From Trueperaceae bacterium (GTDB lineage Bacteria > Deinococcota > Deinococci > Deinococcales > Trueperaceae), in contig OZ243956.1 in NCBI GenBank assembly GCA_965214405.1, forward strand, positions 928,001 to 992,000: a DNA stretch of 64,000 nt, read 5' to 3'. The position numbers were made by a program, and so were the translations under genes. Positions 18,971-28,212 of this stretch are shown here, in pieces; the stretch's first letter is position 1, and each line of letters opens with the position of its first letter. The notes beneath the pieces were generated by a model that was not told the origin of the DNA, did not search any database, and was given only the letters and a program-made list of their open reading frames with translations.

Positions 18971-20251
18971 TTAAAAGCCCTCGCAATCGTCGGGTGCCGC
19001 CTCTCCCGCCGCCAACGCCTCCATCCAGGCCACCGTCGCCTCGAAACCCGCCTGACGGGTGTAGCGGTGGCGCACCCCCGGAAAGGTGAGGTAGCGCACG
19101 GGGGAGGAGGCCGCGCAGAGTTCCGTCACAAAAAGCTCTTGCGTGGGGTTCCTGACAATCACGTCGTCGTCGCCCTGGATGATGAGCGCGGGGAGCTTAT
19201 GGCCGGACAAGCCGGTGCGGTTCTCGTCCAGCACGCGCTTCACCTCCGGGAAAGCCTCGGCCAAACCGTCCCCGTAGAGCGCGGCGGCGAACGCGGGCGC
19301 GTAGACGGAGGCGTCGAAGGGGTAAACCTGCTGAATCCGGTCCACGCATTCGGTGTCGGCAACCGTTTGGAGCGTCGGCAACAGGCGTTCGGCCAGTACC
19401 TGAGCGGGGTCGAAATCTGGGTAGGCGGCGCGGTAGGACTGCACGATGTAGGGGGCGTAGTAGGGACCCTCGAGCAGAAGCCGCTCGACGTTGGTCGTCG
19501 CGCCGTAACCGATCATGCCGGTGAGGGGCAGCTCGGGCGCGTAAGCGGGCCGGAGGTCGGCGGCGGAGAAGGCGGCGTGACCTCCCTGGGAGTAACCCGC
19601 CGTAAAGACGGCACCCGACGGTTGTACGGTGGCGGGATACTCGCCAAAAAAGGCGTACGTCGCCCGCACCGCGTCGAGCAGCACCCGCCCCTCGGCGCGC
19701 GCGTTGAAGTAGGCCTGGGTGCGGCTAGGGTCGTTGAAACCGAGATAGTCAGGGAGAATGCCGATAAAGCCCCGGCTCGCATAGGCCAGCAGGTAGGCGC
19801 GGTAGTGGCCTAGCGGGTGGTCGCCATACTCGTACTCCCTCGAGGGCGCGCACTTCTCCGCCAGCCCCGTCGTGCCCGCGCCAAAGGCGTACACGGGGCG
19901 CTCGGTCTCCTCGGTCAAAACGGGGACGAAAAGCGGCGCGACAATCTCGGTGCTGGAGCCGTCCAGGTCGGTCGTGGTGTAACGCAGGCGGTAAGTATCG
20001 ACAGCGTGAACGAGGGGCGGCACCTCGTGAGGGGCAAAAAGCGGCGCGGCGAGCGCTTGGATGTCCGCTGTTTGATACGTGCCGGTGGGGGTCGCCTCGA
20101 GCAGCGTCCCCGGTGTTTGGGCAAAACCGACGCTGATAAACAGAAGGGCGAGGGAAAAGGCTAGCCAAAGGGATTTACAAATTCGGAACAACGGGTCTCC
20201 TCTCGAGAGTGGCGAAATAACCTGACGTTTCGGAGTTACTTTACCCCACAC
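18971..20251 (-). CDS. Secreted lipase/esterase (LIP / secretory-lipase-like), paralog 2
   Basis: Signal peptide, GAGTTG...CAPS, PDYLGF, GYSQGG nucleophile, QGDDD and GVRH; exact start uncertain. Confidence 0.85.
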   Translation of the reverse strand: MWGKVTPKRQVISPLSRGDPLFRICKSLWLAFSLALLFISVGFAQTPGTLLEATPTGTYQTADIQALAAPLFAPHEVPPLVHAVDTYRLRYTTTDLDGSSTEIVAPLFVPVLTEETERPVYAFGAGTTGLAEKCAPSREYEYGDHPLGHYRAYLLAYASRGFIGILPDYLGFNDPSRTQAYFNARAEGRVLLDAVRATYAFFGEYPATVQPSGAVFTAGYSQGGHAAFSAADLRPAYAPELPLTGMIGYGATTNVERLLLEGPYYAPYIVQSYRAAYPDFDPAQVLAERLLPTLQTVADTECVDRIQQVYPFDASVYAPAFAAALYGDGLAEAFPEVKRVLDENRTGLSGHKLPALIIQGDDDVIVRNPTQELFVTELCAASSPVRYLTFPGVRHRYTRQAGFEATVAWMEALAAGEAAPDDCEGF

Positions 20252-20271
20252 AGCTCACTGTTTAACACACC

Positions 20272-21486
20272 CTATTCAACAAGCTCACAGTCCGAGGGCG
20301 GCTCCTCGCCGTTGGCCACGCCCTCCATCCAGGCCATCGCGTCTTGAAAACCGATATAGCGCGTTTCGTGGCGGGTGCGCAGGTAGTTGGGGTAGCGCAC
20401 CCGGCTGCCGTTCTCACAGAGCGTCTTTACAAACGCGTTTTGCGACTCCAGAGACACCACCGGGTCGTTCACGCCCTGCAAGATAATCGCGGGGACGCCG
20501 TGCGCGGTTTCTCCGGCGTTATTCTCCTCAAAAACCTCGAAGATGTCGGGATAGGCGTCCGCCAGCGTGTTCGTTTCTAGCGCCTCGGTAAAGGCGGGGG
20601 TAAAGAGATTTTCGGGGCTCGAGGAATAATACGCCTGCGCCCCCAGCACGCACAAGCGTTCGGCGTCCGCGACAAAAGAACTCAGCCACGGCTCGGCGAG
20701 CACCTGGGCGAGGTCGATGCGGTCGCCAAAAAAGGTGTTATAGCTGTAGATGACCCACGGCGCAACAAAGATAAATTCGCGGAAGAGGTTGTCGAGCCGC
20801 GTGGTCGGGCCGAAACCGACGACGCCCTCAAGGGAAACATCCGGCGCGTAGGTCGCGGCCAAGTCGGCGGCGGCGAAGGCGGCGTGGCCTCCCTGAGAAA
20901 AGCCGCCGACGAAAACGCCGTTGAGGGTGACGGGGGTGTCCTCGAGCAGCGCGGCAACCGCCCGCCCCGCGTCCAGCATCACCCGGCCCTCGGCGACGCG
21001 GCTAAAGTAGGGCTGAAGCTCGCCCGTGTCAAAAAAGCCCATGTAGTTGGGCATGATGCTCACGAACCCTTGCCCCGCGTAGGCGAGGGTGTAGGCGTTG
21101 TAGGTGTCCCACGTGCGCGCGTCAACGTAGCCCCTCGAGGGCGCGCACGCCTCGACCAAGCCCGTCGAGCCCGGCCCGAATACAAAGGCAGGACGGCGCG
21201 CGGGTTCGTCAAAATTCGGGACGAACGCCTGCGCCGTGATGGTGCGCGGTTCACCGTCCAAGCCGGTACTCTCAAAGGTAACAAGGTAGCTCTCCACGCT
21301 GTAACGCGCCGGGAGCGGGTCGCCGCCGTTGTTGCGGAAGCGTCCCCCGGTGATGCCATCAATCGCGGCAGGGCTCAGCGTGCCGATTGGCGTGACGCTC
21401 AGCAGCGTGCCCGGTTGGGCCAGCGCAGTGCTGAACGCGCCGCAAGTCACAAAAACGGCAACAACAAATAAAAGGGTAGCTTTCAC
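20272..21486 (-). CDS. Secreted lipase/esterase (LIP-like), paralog 1
   Basis: Signal peptide ending ALA, GPGSTG...CAPS, PNYMGF, GFSQGG, QGVND and TRH. Confidence 0.85.
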   Translation of the reverse strand: MKATLLFVVAVFVTCGAFSTALAQPGTLLSVTPIGTLSPAAIDGITGGRFRNNGGDPLPARYSVESYLVTFESTGLDGEPRTITAQAFVPNFDEPARRPAFVFGPGSTGLVEACAPSRGYVDARTWDTYNAYTLAYAGQGFVSIMPNYMGFFDTGELQPYFSRVAEGRVMLDAGRAVAALLEDTPVTLNGVFVGGFSQGGHAAFAAADLAATYAPDVSLEGVVGFGPTTRLDNLFREFIFVAPWVIYSYNTFFGDRIDLAQVLAEPWLSSFVADAERLCVLGAQAYYSSSPENLFTPAFTEALETNTLADAYPDIFEVFEENNAGETAHGVPAIILQGVNDPVVSLESQNAFVKTLCENGSRVRYPNYLRTRHETRYIGFQDAMAWMEGVANGEEPPSDCELVE

Positions 21487-21489
21487 AGG

Positions 21490-22662
21490 TCAAGAGTCTC
21501 CTTTGGCGTTGAGAGGTGTGTCATCGGTTGCATCATCAGTCGCGCCACCCACCGCGCCGTCTCTCACGGGCAGGTAGCGCGCGGGAATCTCCCAAATGAC
21601 GAGTTCGGGGCGCGCGTTGCGGAAGGCTTCGCTCGCCAAATACTGCGCCATCGGTGCAAAGGGCCCCTCACCCTCTTTGGCGGCGTTGAGCACGTCCGCG
21701 CGGAGCGCGTTTTGAAGGGCACCCTGAAAATTCCAACGCGAGTTCGCGCTGTAGCTCGAGCCCACCAGCGCCACCGGCACGCGGGGCTCGCCAAAGAGGC
21801 TGCTGCCCGCTTCCAATGGGGTTGTCTTGACCTGCTCGAGCCCGTCCGCCCGCGGCCCCAAACGCTCCAGCCCGCCAAGCGGCACGAACGCCAAAAGGTC
21901 CCCGCGGTAGGACTCAGAGCCCAAAGCCTGCGTCTCAAACCCGGTTTCGCCCAGGCCCTCAAAGGGAACCTTTGCCCGCACCTCGAGCGCCACAAGCTCC
22001 GCCACGGCGCGCGCGCCGAAGGGCGTCCAGTGGGTGTCGGTGCGCAAAAACACGGGGGCTGTCGTTTTGGCTCCTAGCAGCGCCCCCAAAACGTCCGGCG
22101 CGACGATGTTGTGCTCGAGGAGTTCGCCCCTCAGGCTGTCGTAACGCGCGCGCGCCTCGGCGGGCAGGGTGTAGCGCCCCAACGCCTCCTCGTACACGCT
22201 CGCCTTGGCGGGGAGAACGACCACGACGAGCGCCACGCCCTCTCCGGCGAGTTTGTCACGGATATTTAAGATGGTCTCTAAGTTTTGCTCCGTCGCCGCG
22301 GCCCCGTCCGGGTAGGTTTGAAACTCCTCGGTTGTAAAAAGCCAACCGTCCTCGCCTATGAGCACGCCAGGTCGGCCCTCGCGGAAGAGGGTGTACTCGA
22401 GCACGCCCCAAAGGTTCACGGCAGGCGTGCGTAGGGCAAGTTTCTTTTCAAAGTCAGCTTGATAAGCCGCCGTCCAGTCGCCGTTCATGACGCTCTCGTC
22501 CTCTGGAGGCCTGAACGTCGCGGGACTAAGAAGCGCCATGAGCCCTCCAAGCGCCAAAAAGAGCAGCATGAACGCGCCCGGCAGCCAGCGCAAGAGCCGC
22601 TGTGCGGTGAACAGGCGCCCCTTGGCGCGCCGGGTCGCGCGGTCCTTGAAACGGTAGTCCAT
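21490..22662 (-). CDS. algJ: AlgJ/AlgX-family O-acetyltransferase
   Basis: N-terminal TM, GEDGWLF, FLRTDTHWT (DxH), VGSSYS, LVIWEIP. Confidence 0.85.
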   Translation of the reverse strand: MDYRFKDRATRRAKGRLFTAQRLLRWLPGAFMLLFLALGGLMALLSPATFRPPEDESVMNGDWTAAYQADFEKKLALRTPAVNLWGVLEYTLFREGRPGVLIGEDGWLFTTEEFQTYPDGAAATEQNLETILNIRDKLAGEGVALVVVVLPAKASVYEEALGRYTLPAEARARYDSLRGELLEHNIVAPDVLGALLGAKTTAPVFLRTDTHWTPFGARAVAELVALEVRAKVPFEGLGETGFETQALGSESYRGDLLAFVPLGGLERLGPRADGLEQVKTTPLEAGSSLFGEPRVPVALVGSSYSANSRWNFQGALQNALRADVLNAAKEGEGPFAPMAQYLASEAFRNARPELVIWEIPARYLPVRDGAVGGATDDATDDTPLNAKGDS

Positions 22663-24083
22663 CAGAATTGAAAGTAGAGAAAAGGCGAGAAAGTGTCAGC
22701 AGACAAACGCAGCACGCCGAGCGCGAAGAGCGGGAGCACCATAAGCTGAGTCGTGAGCGCAAAAGAAACCAACCGCGAATTATGCGCCCGCGCCCCAACA
22801 AACCCGCGCCACCACGGAGCCAGGTACACGAGCCCCCAGGCGACGACGAGGGCGGTCAGGGCGGAGGGCTCGAGGCGCCAAGCGAGCGTGTCGCTCACGC
22901 CCCAGCCGTTAAGCCCCAGCATCCCTCTATACATGCCCGCCATATCGCCCAAACCCGTCGCCCGAAACGTGACCCAGCCCGCGACAACAACCAGCATCGT
23001 GAGGGGCAAGGCGAGCGCGGGCGGCGGCGTCCGCCAGCCGCGCTCTTTGGCGACACGCTCCACCGCCAGCGCGCCGCCGTGCAGCGCGCCCCACAAGACA
23101 AAGGTCCAGGCCGCGCCGTGCCAAAGCCCGCCCAAAAGCATCACCGTCATCAGGTTGACGTAGGTGCGCGTTCGCCCCCGGCGGTTGCCGCCCAGGGGGA
23201 TGTAGAGATAGTCGCGCAGCCAGCTCGAGAGCGAGATGTGCCAGCGCCGCCAGAACTCGGTCACGCTCTTAGATACATAGGGATGGTCAAAATTTTCACG
23301 AAAGCGAAAGCCCATCATGAGCCCCAGCCCAATCGCCATGTCCGAATAGCCCGAAAAATCGAAGTAGAGCTGAATCGTATAGGCGAGCGCGCCCAGCCAG
23401 GCGTCGGCAAACGTTGGGTCGGGAAGGGCGAACGCCGCGTTCGCCAAGGGCGCGACCGCGTCGGCGATGAGGACCTTTTTGCACAAACCGACCATGAAGC
23501 GCAGCGAGCCCTCGGAAAACCCCTTAAAGGTGTGCGTCCGCGCCCTGAACTGCTCGGAGAGGTCTTTGTAGCGCAAAATAGGCCCGGCGATGAGCTGCGG
23601 AAAGAGCGCGATAAAGGCGGCAACGTCAAAAAAATTGTTCTCCGCGGGCACGTCCCCCCGGTACACGTCGACAAGGTAGCTCACCGCCTGGAACACGTAA
23701 AACGAGATGCCGATGGGCAGCAGCACGCGCAGCGTGCTCAGCGGGTCGCCGCCCAAAGAGACCAAAAGCGCGTTGAGCGAGTCCGCGCCGAAGTTGAAAT
23801 ATTTGAAATACCCAAGCACCCCCAGATTGCCGACTACGCCGACAGCGAGCGCGAGCTGGGCGCGGCGCGGCAGCTCGCCCCAGCGTCCGATGAGGCGTCC
23901 TACAAAATAAGTAAAAAGCGTCGTCCCGGCGAAGAGCAGCAAAAAGTCAACGCGCCACCAGGCGTAAAATGTGTAACTTGCGACTAAAATCCAGGCCGAG
24001 CGCCAGCGAAACGGGAGGAGATAGTAGACGAGTAAGAAAACGGGGAGAAATAAAAAGAGAAAGATTGTCGTGCTAAAAACCAC
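22662..24083 (-). CDS. algI: AlgI-family MBOAT O-acyltransferase
   Basis: MVFS...FLFLFLP, LPIGISFY, DFSGYSDMAIG, FWRRWHISLS, GLWHGA. Confidence 0.92.
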   Translation of the reverse strand: MVFSTTIFLFLFLPVFLLVYYLLPFRWRSAWILVASYTFYAWWRVDFLLLFAGTTLFTYFVGRLIGRWGELPRRAQLALAVGVVGNLGVLGYFKYFNFGADSLNALLVSLGGDPLSTLRVLLPIGISFYVFQAVSYLVDVYRGDVPAENNFFDVAAFIALFPQLIAGPILRYKDLSEQFRARTHTFKGFSEGSLRFMVGLCKKVLIADAVAPLANAAFALPDPTFADAWLGALAYTIQLYFDFSGYSDMAIGLGLMMGFRFRENFDHPYVSKSVTEFWRRWHISLSSWLRDYLYIPLGGNRRGRTRTYVNLMTVMLLGGLWHGAAWTFVLWGALHGGALAVERVAKERGWRTPPPALALPLTMLVVVAGWVTFRATGLGDMAGMYRGMLGLNGWGVSDTLAWRLEPSALTALVVAWGLVYLAPWWRGFVGARAHNSRLVSFALTTQLMVLPLFALGVLRLSADTFSPFLYFQF

Positions 24084-24092
24084 GCGTTCCTC

Positions 24093-24728
24093 CTACTCCT
24101 CCTGTAATGTGGCGGGCACAACCGCGACCACCGGCCCGCTCTCCCCGTCAAACACCAAAACACTGTAGGCGGTGCCGCGCTCCAACAAACTTGGCTCAGT
24201 TTCTCCTACAAGTTCACTCTCGGCAAACACACCAAGCGCCACCTCAGCCTGATTGACGACGATGCCCCCTTCACCACCGGGCGCGACGTCACTCACAATG
24301 TCCGTCTCGCCGTCCGCGGTTTTTAAGTCGAGTGTTCCGAGGCGCGAGAAGTTGTAGAGGGTGAGGAGGGCTCGAGACGCGTCTACCAACGCCTCGTCGC
24401 GCAAAACGTTGACACCTTCCGGCGTCACAGCGGCGGTGTAAAACTCCCCGGCCTCCACCGTCAAGGGAACGTCCTCACCGGCTACGTTGAGGGTTGCCTC
24501 GCCCGGCTCGAGCACCTGATAAGCCGTCACTGTGGCAAAACCCACCAAATGTACCGCGTCTGCCAACCTCACCTCCACCTCAGGACCCGGCACCGCGTTC
24601 ACGACCCGCAGGTAAGCCGCGTCGGGCGGGGCTGAGGGGCCGTAAAGATTGTCTTGCGCGTGAACGGTTCCCGATATAAACAGCACGGCCAAAAGAAGCC
24701 AGCGTCCTGCCCTGATAGGATTGCGCAT
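24093..24728 (-). CDS. algF: AlgF-like periplasmic protein
   Basis: Signal peptide, LYGPSAPPDAAYLRVVNA, LDLKTADG; first gene of the algI-algJ operon. Confidence 0.8.
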   Translation of the reverse strand: MRNPIRAGRWLLLAVLFISGTVHAQDNLYGPSAPPDAAYLRVVNAVPGPEVEVRLADAVHLVGFATVTAYQVLEPGEATLNVAGEDVPLTVEAGEFYTAAVTPEGVNVLRDEALVDASRALLTLYNFSRLGTLDLKTADGETDIVSDVAPGGEGGIVVNQAEVALGVFAESELVGETEPSLLERGTAYSVLVFDGESGPVVAVVPATLQEE

Positions 24729-24934
24729 AAACCGCCTTTCTTTTCGAAGGTAATCTTGGCATGATGTAGATTAATCGTTCAGCGTAACCGTCAAAGCGTC
24801 AGCCACCACCATAGTATGCACCCAGAAGAGGCTTTTGTGGTTTGGGACAGCCTCAAGCTTCACCAATCTTTCATGGCAAAAAGCAAGCAGCCCCGCCCAC
24901 AGGCTCGAGGGACGGTTCGGGATACGCTTTAGAC

Positions 24935-25594
24935 ATGCGCTACCTAACCATCACCGCCCTCGTTGTTTTCTCTTTACAAGCGCTTGCGTGGACGAACGCC
25001 CAGGTTTTACCCGACGGCGTCGACACCCTTCCCTTCGTGTGCCCGCCGCCCGAGCGGGTGAACGAGCCCATGAGCAGGCCCCAGAGCGAGGAGGAGCGGC
25101 TCGAGAGTGAGCGCCGCGCCCGCTACCGCGCCGTCTTCCCCGCCTACGTCGCCGCCGTGCCCGCCGAACCCGACGAAGCGCTCCTGATGCCCGTCGAGGG
25201 CGTGAGAGTGTCCAATGTGGCCGACACCTGGGGCGGGGCGAGGAGCGAGGGGCGCACCCACGAGGGCCAAGACATTTTCGCCCCGACGGGCACGCCCGTT
25301 TATTCGGTCACCTCGGGCTACGTCTACCGCGTGGGCGAGGCGAGACGCGGCGGCAACGTCGTGGTGGTTGTCGGGGGCGGCGCGAGGCGCTACTACTACG
25401 CGCACTTGTCAGCGTTTGCCGAAGGCTTGCGCGAGGGGCAGGCCGTCACGCCCGACACGCTGCTGGGTTATGTGGGCACCACCGGCAACGCGGCGGGCAC
25501 GCCGCCGCACCTGCATTTGGGTTTGTACGCAGGCGAGCCCCTGAGCTGCGAGTGGGACGCTATTGACCCGCTGCCGCTGCTGGTTGACAGGTGA
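24935..25594 (+). CDS. M23 family metallopeptidase
   Basis: Signal peptide; HEGQD (HxxxD), YYAHL, GYVGTTG, PHLH. Confidence 0.9.
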   Translation: MRYLTITALVVFSLQALAWTNAQVLPDGVDTLPFVCPPPERVNEPMSRPQSEEERLESERRARYRAVFPAYVAAVPAEPDEALLMPVEGVRVSNVADTWGGARSEGRTHEGQDIFAPTGTPVYSVTSGYVYRVGEARRGGNVVVVVGGGARRYYYAHLSAFAEGLREGQAVTPDTLLGYVGTTGNAAGTPPHLHLGLYAGEPLSCEWDAIDPLPLLVDR

Positions 25595-25741
25595 AAGGTT
25601 CCTTTGTCACGTGCGTTAAACGCACAGGTTTGACGCGTTACAAATCCGAAGGGCCTCGAGCCTCAAGTGCTGTGTGAGGGCGTGAACGTGTGTTTCCGGA
25701 CAGGTTATGTACACTGCAAACGACTACACCAGGAGGGTCTT

Positions 25742-25987
25742 GTGCTCGAGGTCAACGTCCGCGAAGCCAGGCAAAGGCTAAGCCGTCTACCCGACGAGGT
25801 CGAGCGGGGTGGCGAGGTGCAGATTACGCGCCACGGCAAAGTTGCCGCGCGCTTGATACCGCACGGCGCGGTGCCGGAGCCTGAGCGCGTGTTTGGGGAG
25901 GCCGCCGCCCTGCGCGAGCATATTGGGACGCAGCACGGGGTGCGGGACAACCCCATCCTCACCGAACGTGAGGAAGCGCCCTACTGA
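25742..25987 (+). CDS. Orphan Phd/YefM family antitoxin
   Basis: AGGAGG RBS then (M)LEVNVREARQRLSRL.DEVERGGEVQITRHGKVAARLIP; no toxin gene follows. Confidence 0.75.
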   Translation: MLEVNVREARQRLSRLPDEVERGGEVQITRHGKVAARLIPHGAVPEPERVFGEAAALREHIGTQHGVRDNPILTEREEAPY

Positions 25988-26063
25988 ACGATCTCGACAA
26001 GAGAAAGCTCTAAAATCGTTCCGCCAAAACTTCCCACCTCGCCGCAGCGTGGTCTAATAAAGT

Positions 26064-27068
26064 GTGCCTTTTCGCATCAAACTCACCCTTATCGCCCTCG
26101 GCCTCATCCTGGTGATGCTCACGGTGGTGCCGCTGATTATCCCCGTGCCCGCCCTGGCGGACACCGTCGCCGCCAGGGAACTCGCGGACCCCGACAGCCG
26201 TTTTGTCGAGGTGAACGGTTTACAAGTCCACTACAAGACGAGCGGCGCGGGCGAGCCCACCTTTTTGCTGCTGCACGGCTTTGGCTCGAGCACCTTCTCC
26301 TGGCGTAACGTACTGGCTCCCCTTGAACAAGAGGGCACCGCCGTCGCCTTTGACCGCCCCGCCTTTGGCCTGACTGACCGGCCCCTCACATGGACGGGTA
26401 CCAATCCTTACAGCCTCCAGGGTCAAGAAGACCTCACACTGGGCCTCATGGACGCGCTCGGCATAAAAGAAGCGGTGCTCGTCGGCAACTCGTCGGGCGG
26501 GGCGCTGGCGGTGAGATTTGCGCTGGACCATCCCGAGCGCGTGACAGCGCTTGTGCTGGTAGACCCCGCGCTCGCCGAGGGCGGCGGCGCACCCGCGTGG
26601 GCGAGGCCGCTTTTCAACACGCCGCAGATGAACCGCGCAGGCCCGCTCCTCATGCGTCAGTTCGGCGGCGACGCGGGCGCCGATCTCGTACGCGGCGCGT
26701 GGAGCGACCCCACAAAAGTCACCGACGAGGTGCTGACGGGCTACCGGAAGTTTTTGAGGGTGGAAGATTGGGACAAAGCGCTGTGGGAATTTTCCAAGGC
26801 GAACCGCGCGCCCAATCTGGCATCCGAACTCCCCAAGCTCTCGGTCCCTACCCTCGTCATCACGGGCGCGGAAGATAAAATTGTTCCGCCTGAAGAGAGT
26901 GAACGCGCCTCGCAGGTGATTCCCGGCGCGCAGTTTGCCTCGCTTGAGGGTTGCGGCCACGTGCCGCAGGAGGAATGTCCGGACGCCTTTTTGGGCGCGG
27001 TGCAAAGTTTCTTGAATGAGCGGCTGGGCTTTACCTCCCTTTCCCTCACGCTCGCGTCCAGCCCTTGA
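26064..27068 (+). CDS. Alpha/beta hydrolase
   Basis: LLHGF, DRPAFG, GNSSGG, GAEDKIVP, CGHVPQEE. Confidence 0.9.
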   Translation: MPFRIKLTLIALGLILVMLTVVPLIIPVPALADTVAARELADPDSRFVEVNGLQVHYKTSGAGEPTFLLLHGFGSSTFSWRNVLAPLEQEGTAVAFDRPAFGLTDRPLTWTGTNPYSLQGQEDLTLGLMDALGIKEAVLVGNSSGGALAVRFALDHPERVTALVLVDPALAEGGGAPAWARPLFNTPQMNRAGPLLMRQFGGDAGADLVRGAWSDPTKVTDEVLTGYRKFLRVEDWDKALWEFSKANRAPNLASELPKLSVPTLVITGAEDKIVPPEESERASQVIPGAQFASLEGCGHVPQEECPDAFLGAVQSFLNERLGFTSLSLTLASSP

Positions 27069-27083
27069 GGTAGACTCGAGCTC

Positions 27084-28142
27084 ATGGCCACACAGACGAT
27101 ATCTCCTACAGCCAATATCACGCTACTCAAAAAACTTTCAGAAATAGCGGGCGTGCCGGGGCGCGAGGAGCGCGTGCGGGACCTCATCAAGAAGGAACTC
27201 GAGGGTGTGGTAGACACCCTTCAAGAGGACGCGCTAGGCAACCTTATCGCGCTCAAATCGGGCGCGGAGGGCGCAAAACGCGTGATGCTCTCGGCCCACA
27301 TGGACGAAATCGGTTTTTACGTCAAACACATTGACGACAAGGGCTTCGTCCGCGTCCACAACGTCGGCGGCTTCGACACGCGCAACCTCTTCGCGCGGCC
27401 CGTGACGGTTCACGCTTCAAGCGGAGATGTGGTGGGCGTCATGAACCCCGCGACCAAACCCATCCACATTTCAACCGCCGAGGAGCGCAAGAAAATCCCG
27501 GAGATGCGCGAGTTTGCGGTGGACCTGGGCCTTGACGGCGAGACGGTCAAAGAAAAAGTGCGCGTCGGCGACCCCATCACGCTGATTCAAGAGTTCCGCG
27601 ACTTGGGTGACGTTGTGACCGGCAAGGCGCTCGATGACCGCGCGAACTGTTGGATACTCGTCCAGGTGCTTAAAAATTTAGAAGCGCCCGCACACGACGT
27701 TTACGCGGTATTCAGCGTGCAAGAGGAGGTCGGCCTGCGGGGCGCGACCACGAGCGCCTTTGGCGTGGAGCCCGACATAGGCATCGCGCTCGACACCACC
27801 CTGGCGGTCGACACCCCCGGCATCTCGAGTGATGAGCGCGTGACCGAACTCGGCAAGGGCGTGGCGTTCAAAGTGATGGACTCGAGCTCCATCAGCACCC
27901 GCTGGCTCCTAGACGCGTTTATCAAACTCGCTGAAGAGGGCGGGATTAATTATCAGCTCGAGCTTCTTCCCTTAGGCGGCACCGACGCGGGCGCGATTCA
28001 GCGGAGCCGCGGCGGCGTGCCGACCCTCACCCTGTCCATCCCGTCGCGCTACGTCCACACTGTGACCGAGATGGTCGCCAAAAGCGATTTGGACGCGTCT
28101 GTAAAGCTGCTGACGCGCTACTTGAGCCAAAACGGAAGCTAG
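27084..28142 (+). CDS. M42 family aminopeptidase
   Basis: AHMDEIG, GKALDDR, VQEEVGLRGA, GGTDAG, RYVH. Confidence 0.93.
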   Translation: MATQTISPTANITLLKKLSEIAGVPGREERVRDLIKKELEGVVDTLQEDALGNLIALKSGAEGAKRVMLSAHMDEIGFYVKHIDDKGFVRVHNVGGFDTRNLFARPVTVHASSGDVVGVMNPATKPIHISTAEERKKIPEMREFAVDLGLDGETVKEKVRVGDPITLIQEFRDLGDVVTGKALDDRANCWILVQVLKNLEAPAHDVYAVFSVQEEVGLRGATTSAFGVEPDIGIALDTTLAVDTPGISSDERVTELGKGVAFKVMDSSSISTRWLLDAFIKLAEEGGINYQLELLPLGGTDAGAIQRSRGGVPTLTLSIPSRYVHTVTEMVAKSDLDASVKLLTRYLSQNGS

Positions 28143-28212
28143 ACCGACAAACCTCGTGTAGACTTTCCCACTCCTGCGGGTTTTGACGCCTCTGCGGTGC
28201 TACACTTACTCA

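Noticed and set aside
22668..23987. 439-aa plus-strand ORF, and similar long antisense ORFs (e.g. 6299-7168, 18905-19813, 29713-30516)
   Set aside because: Shadow frames of well-supported genes on the opposite strand in GC-rich DNA.
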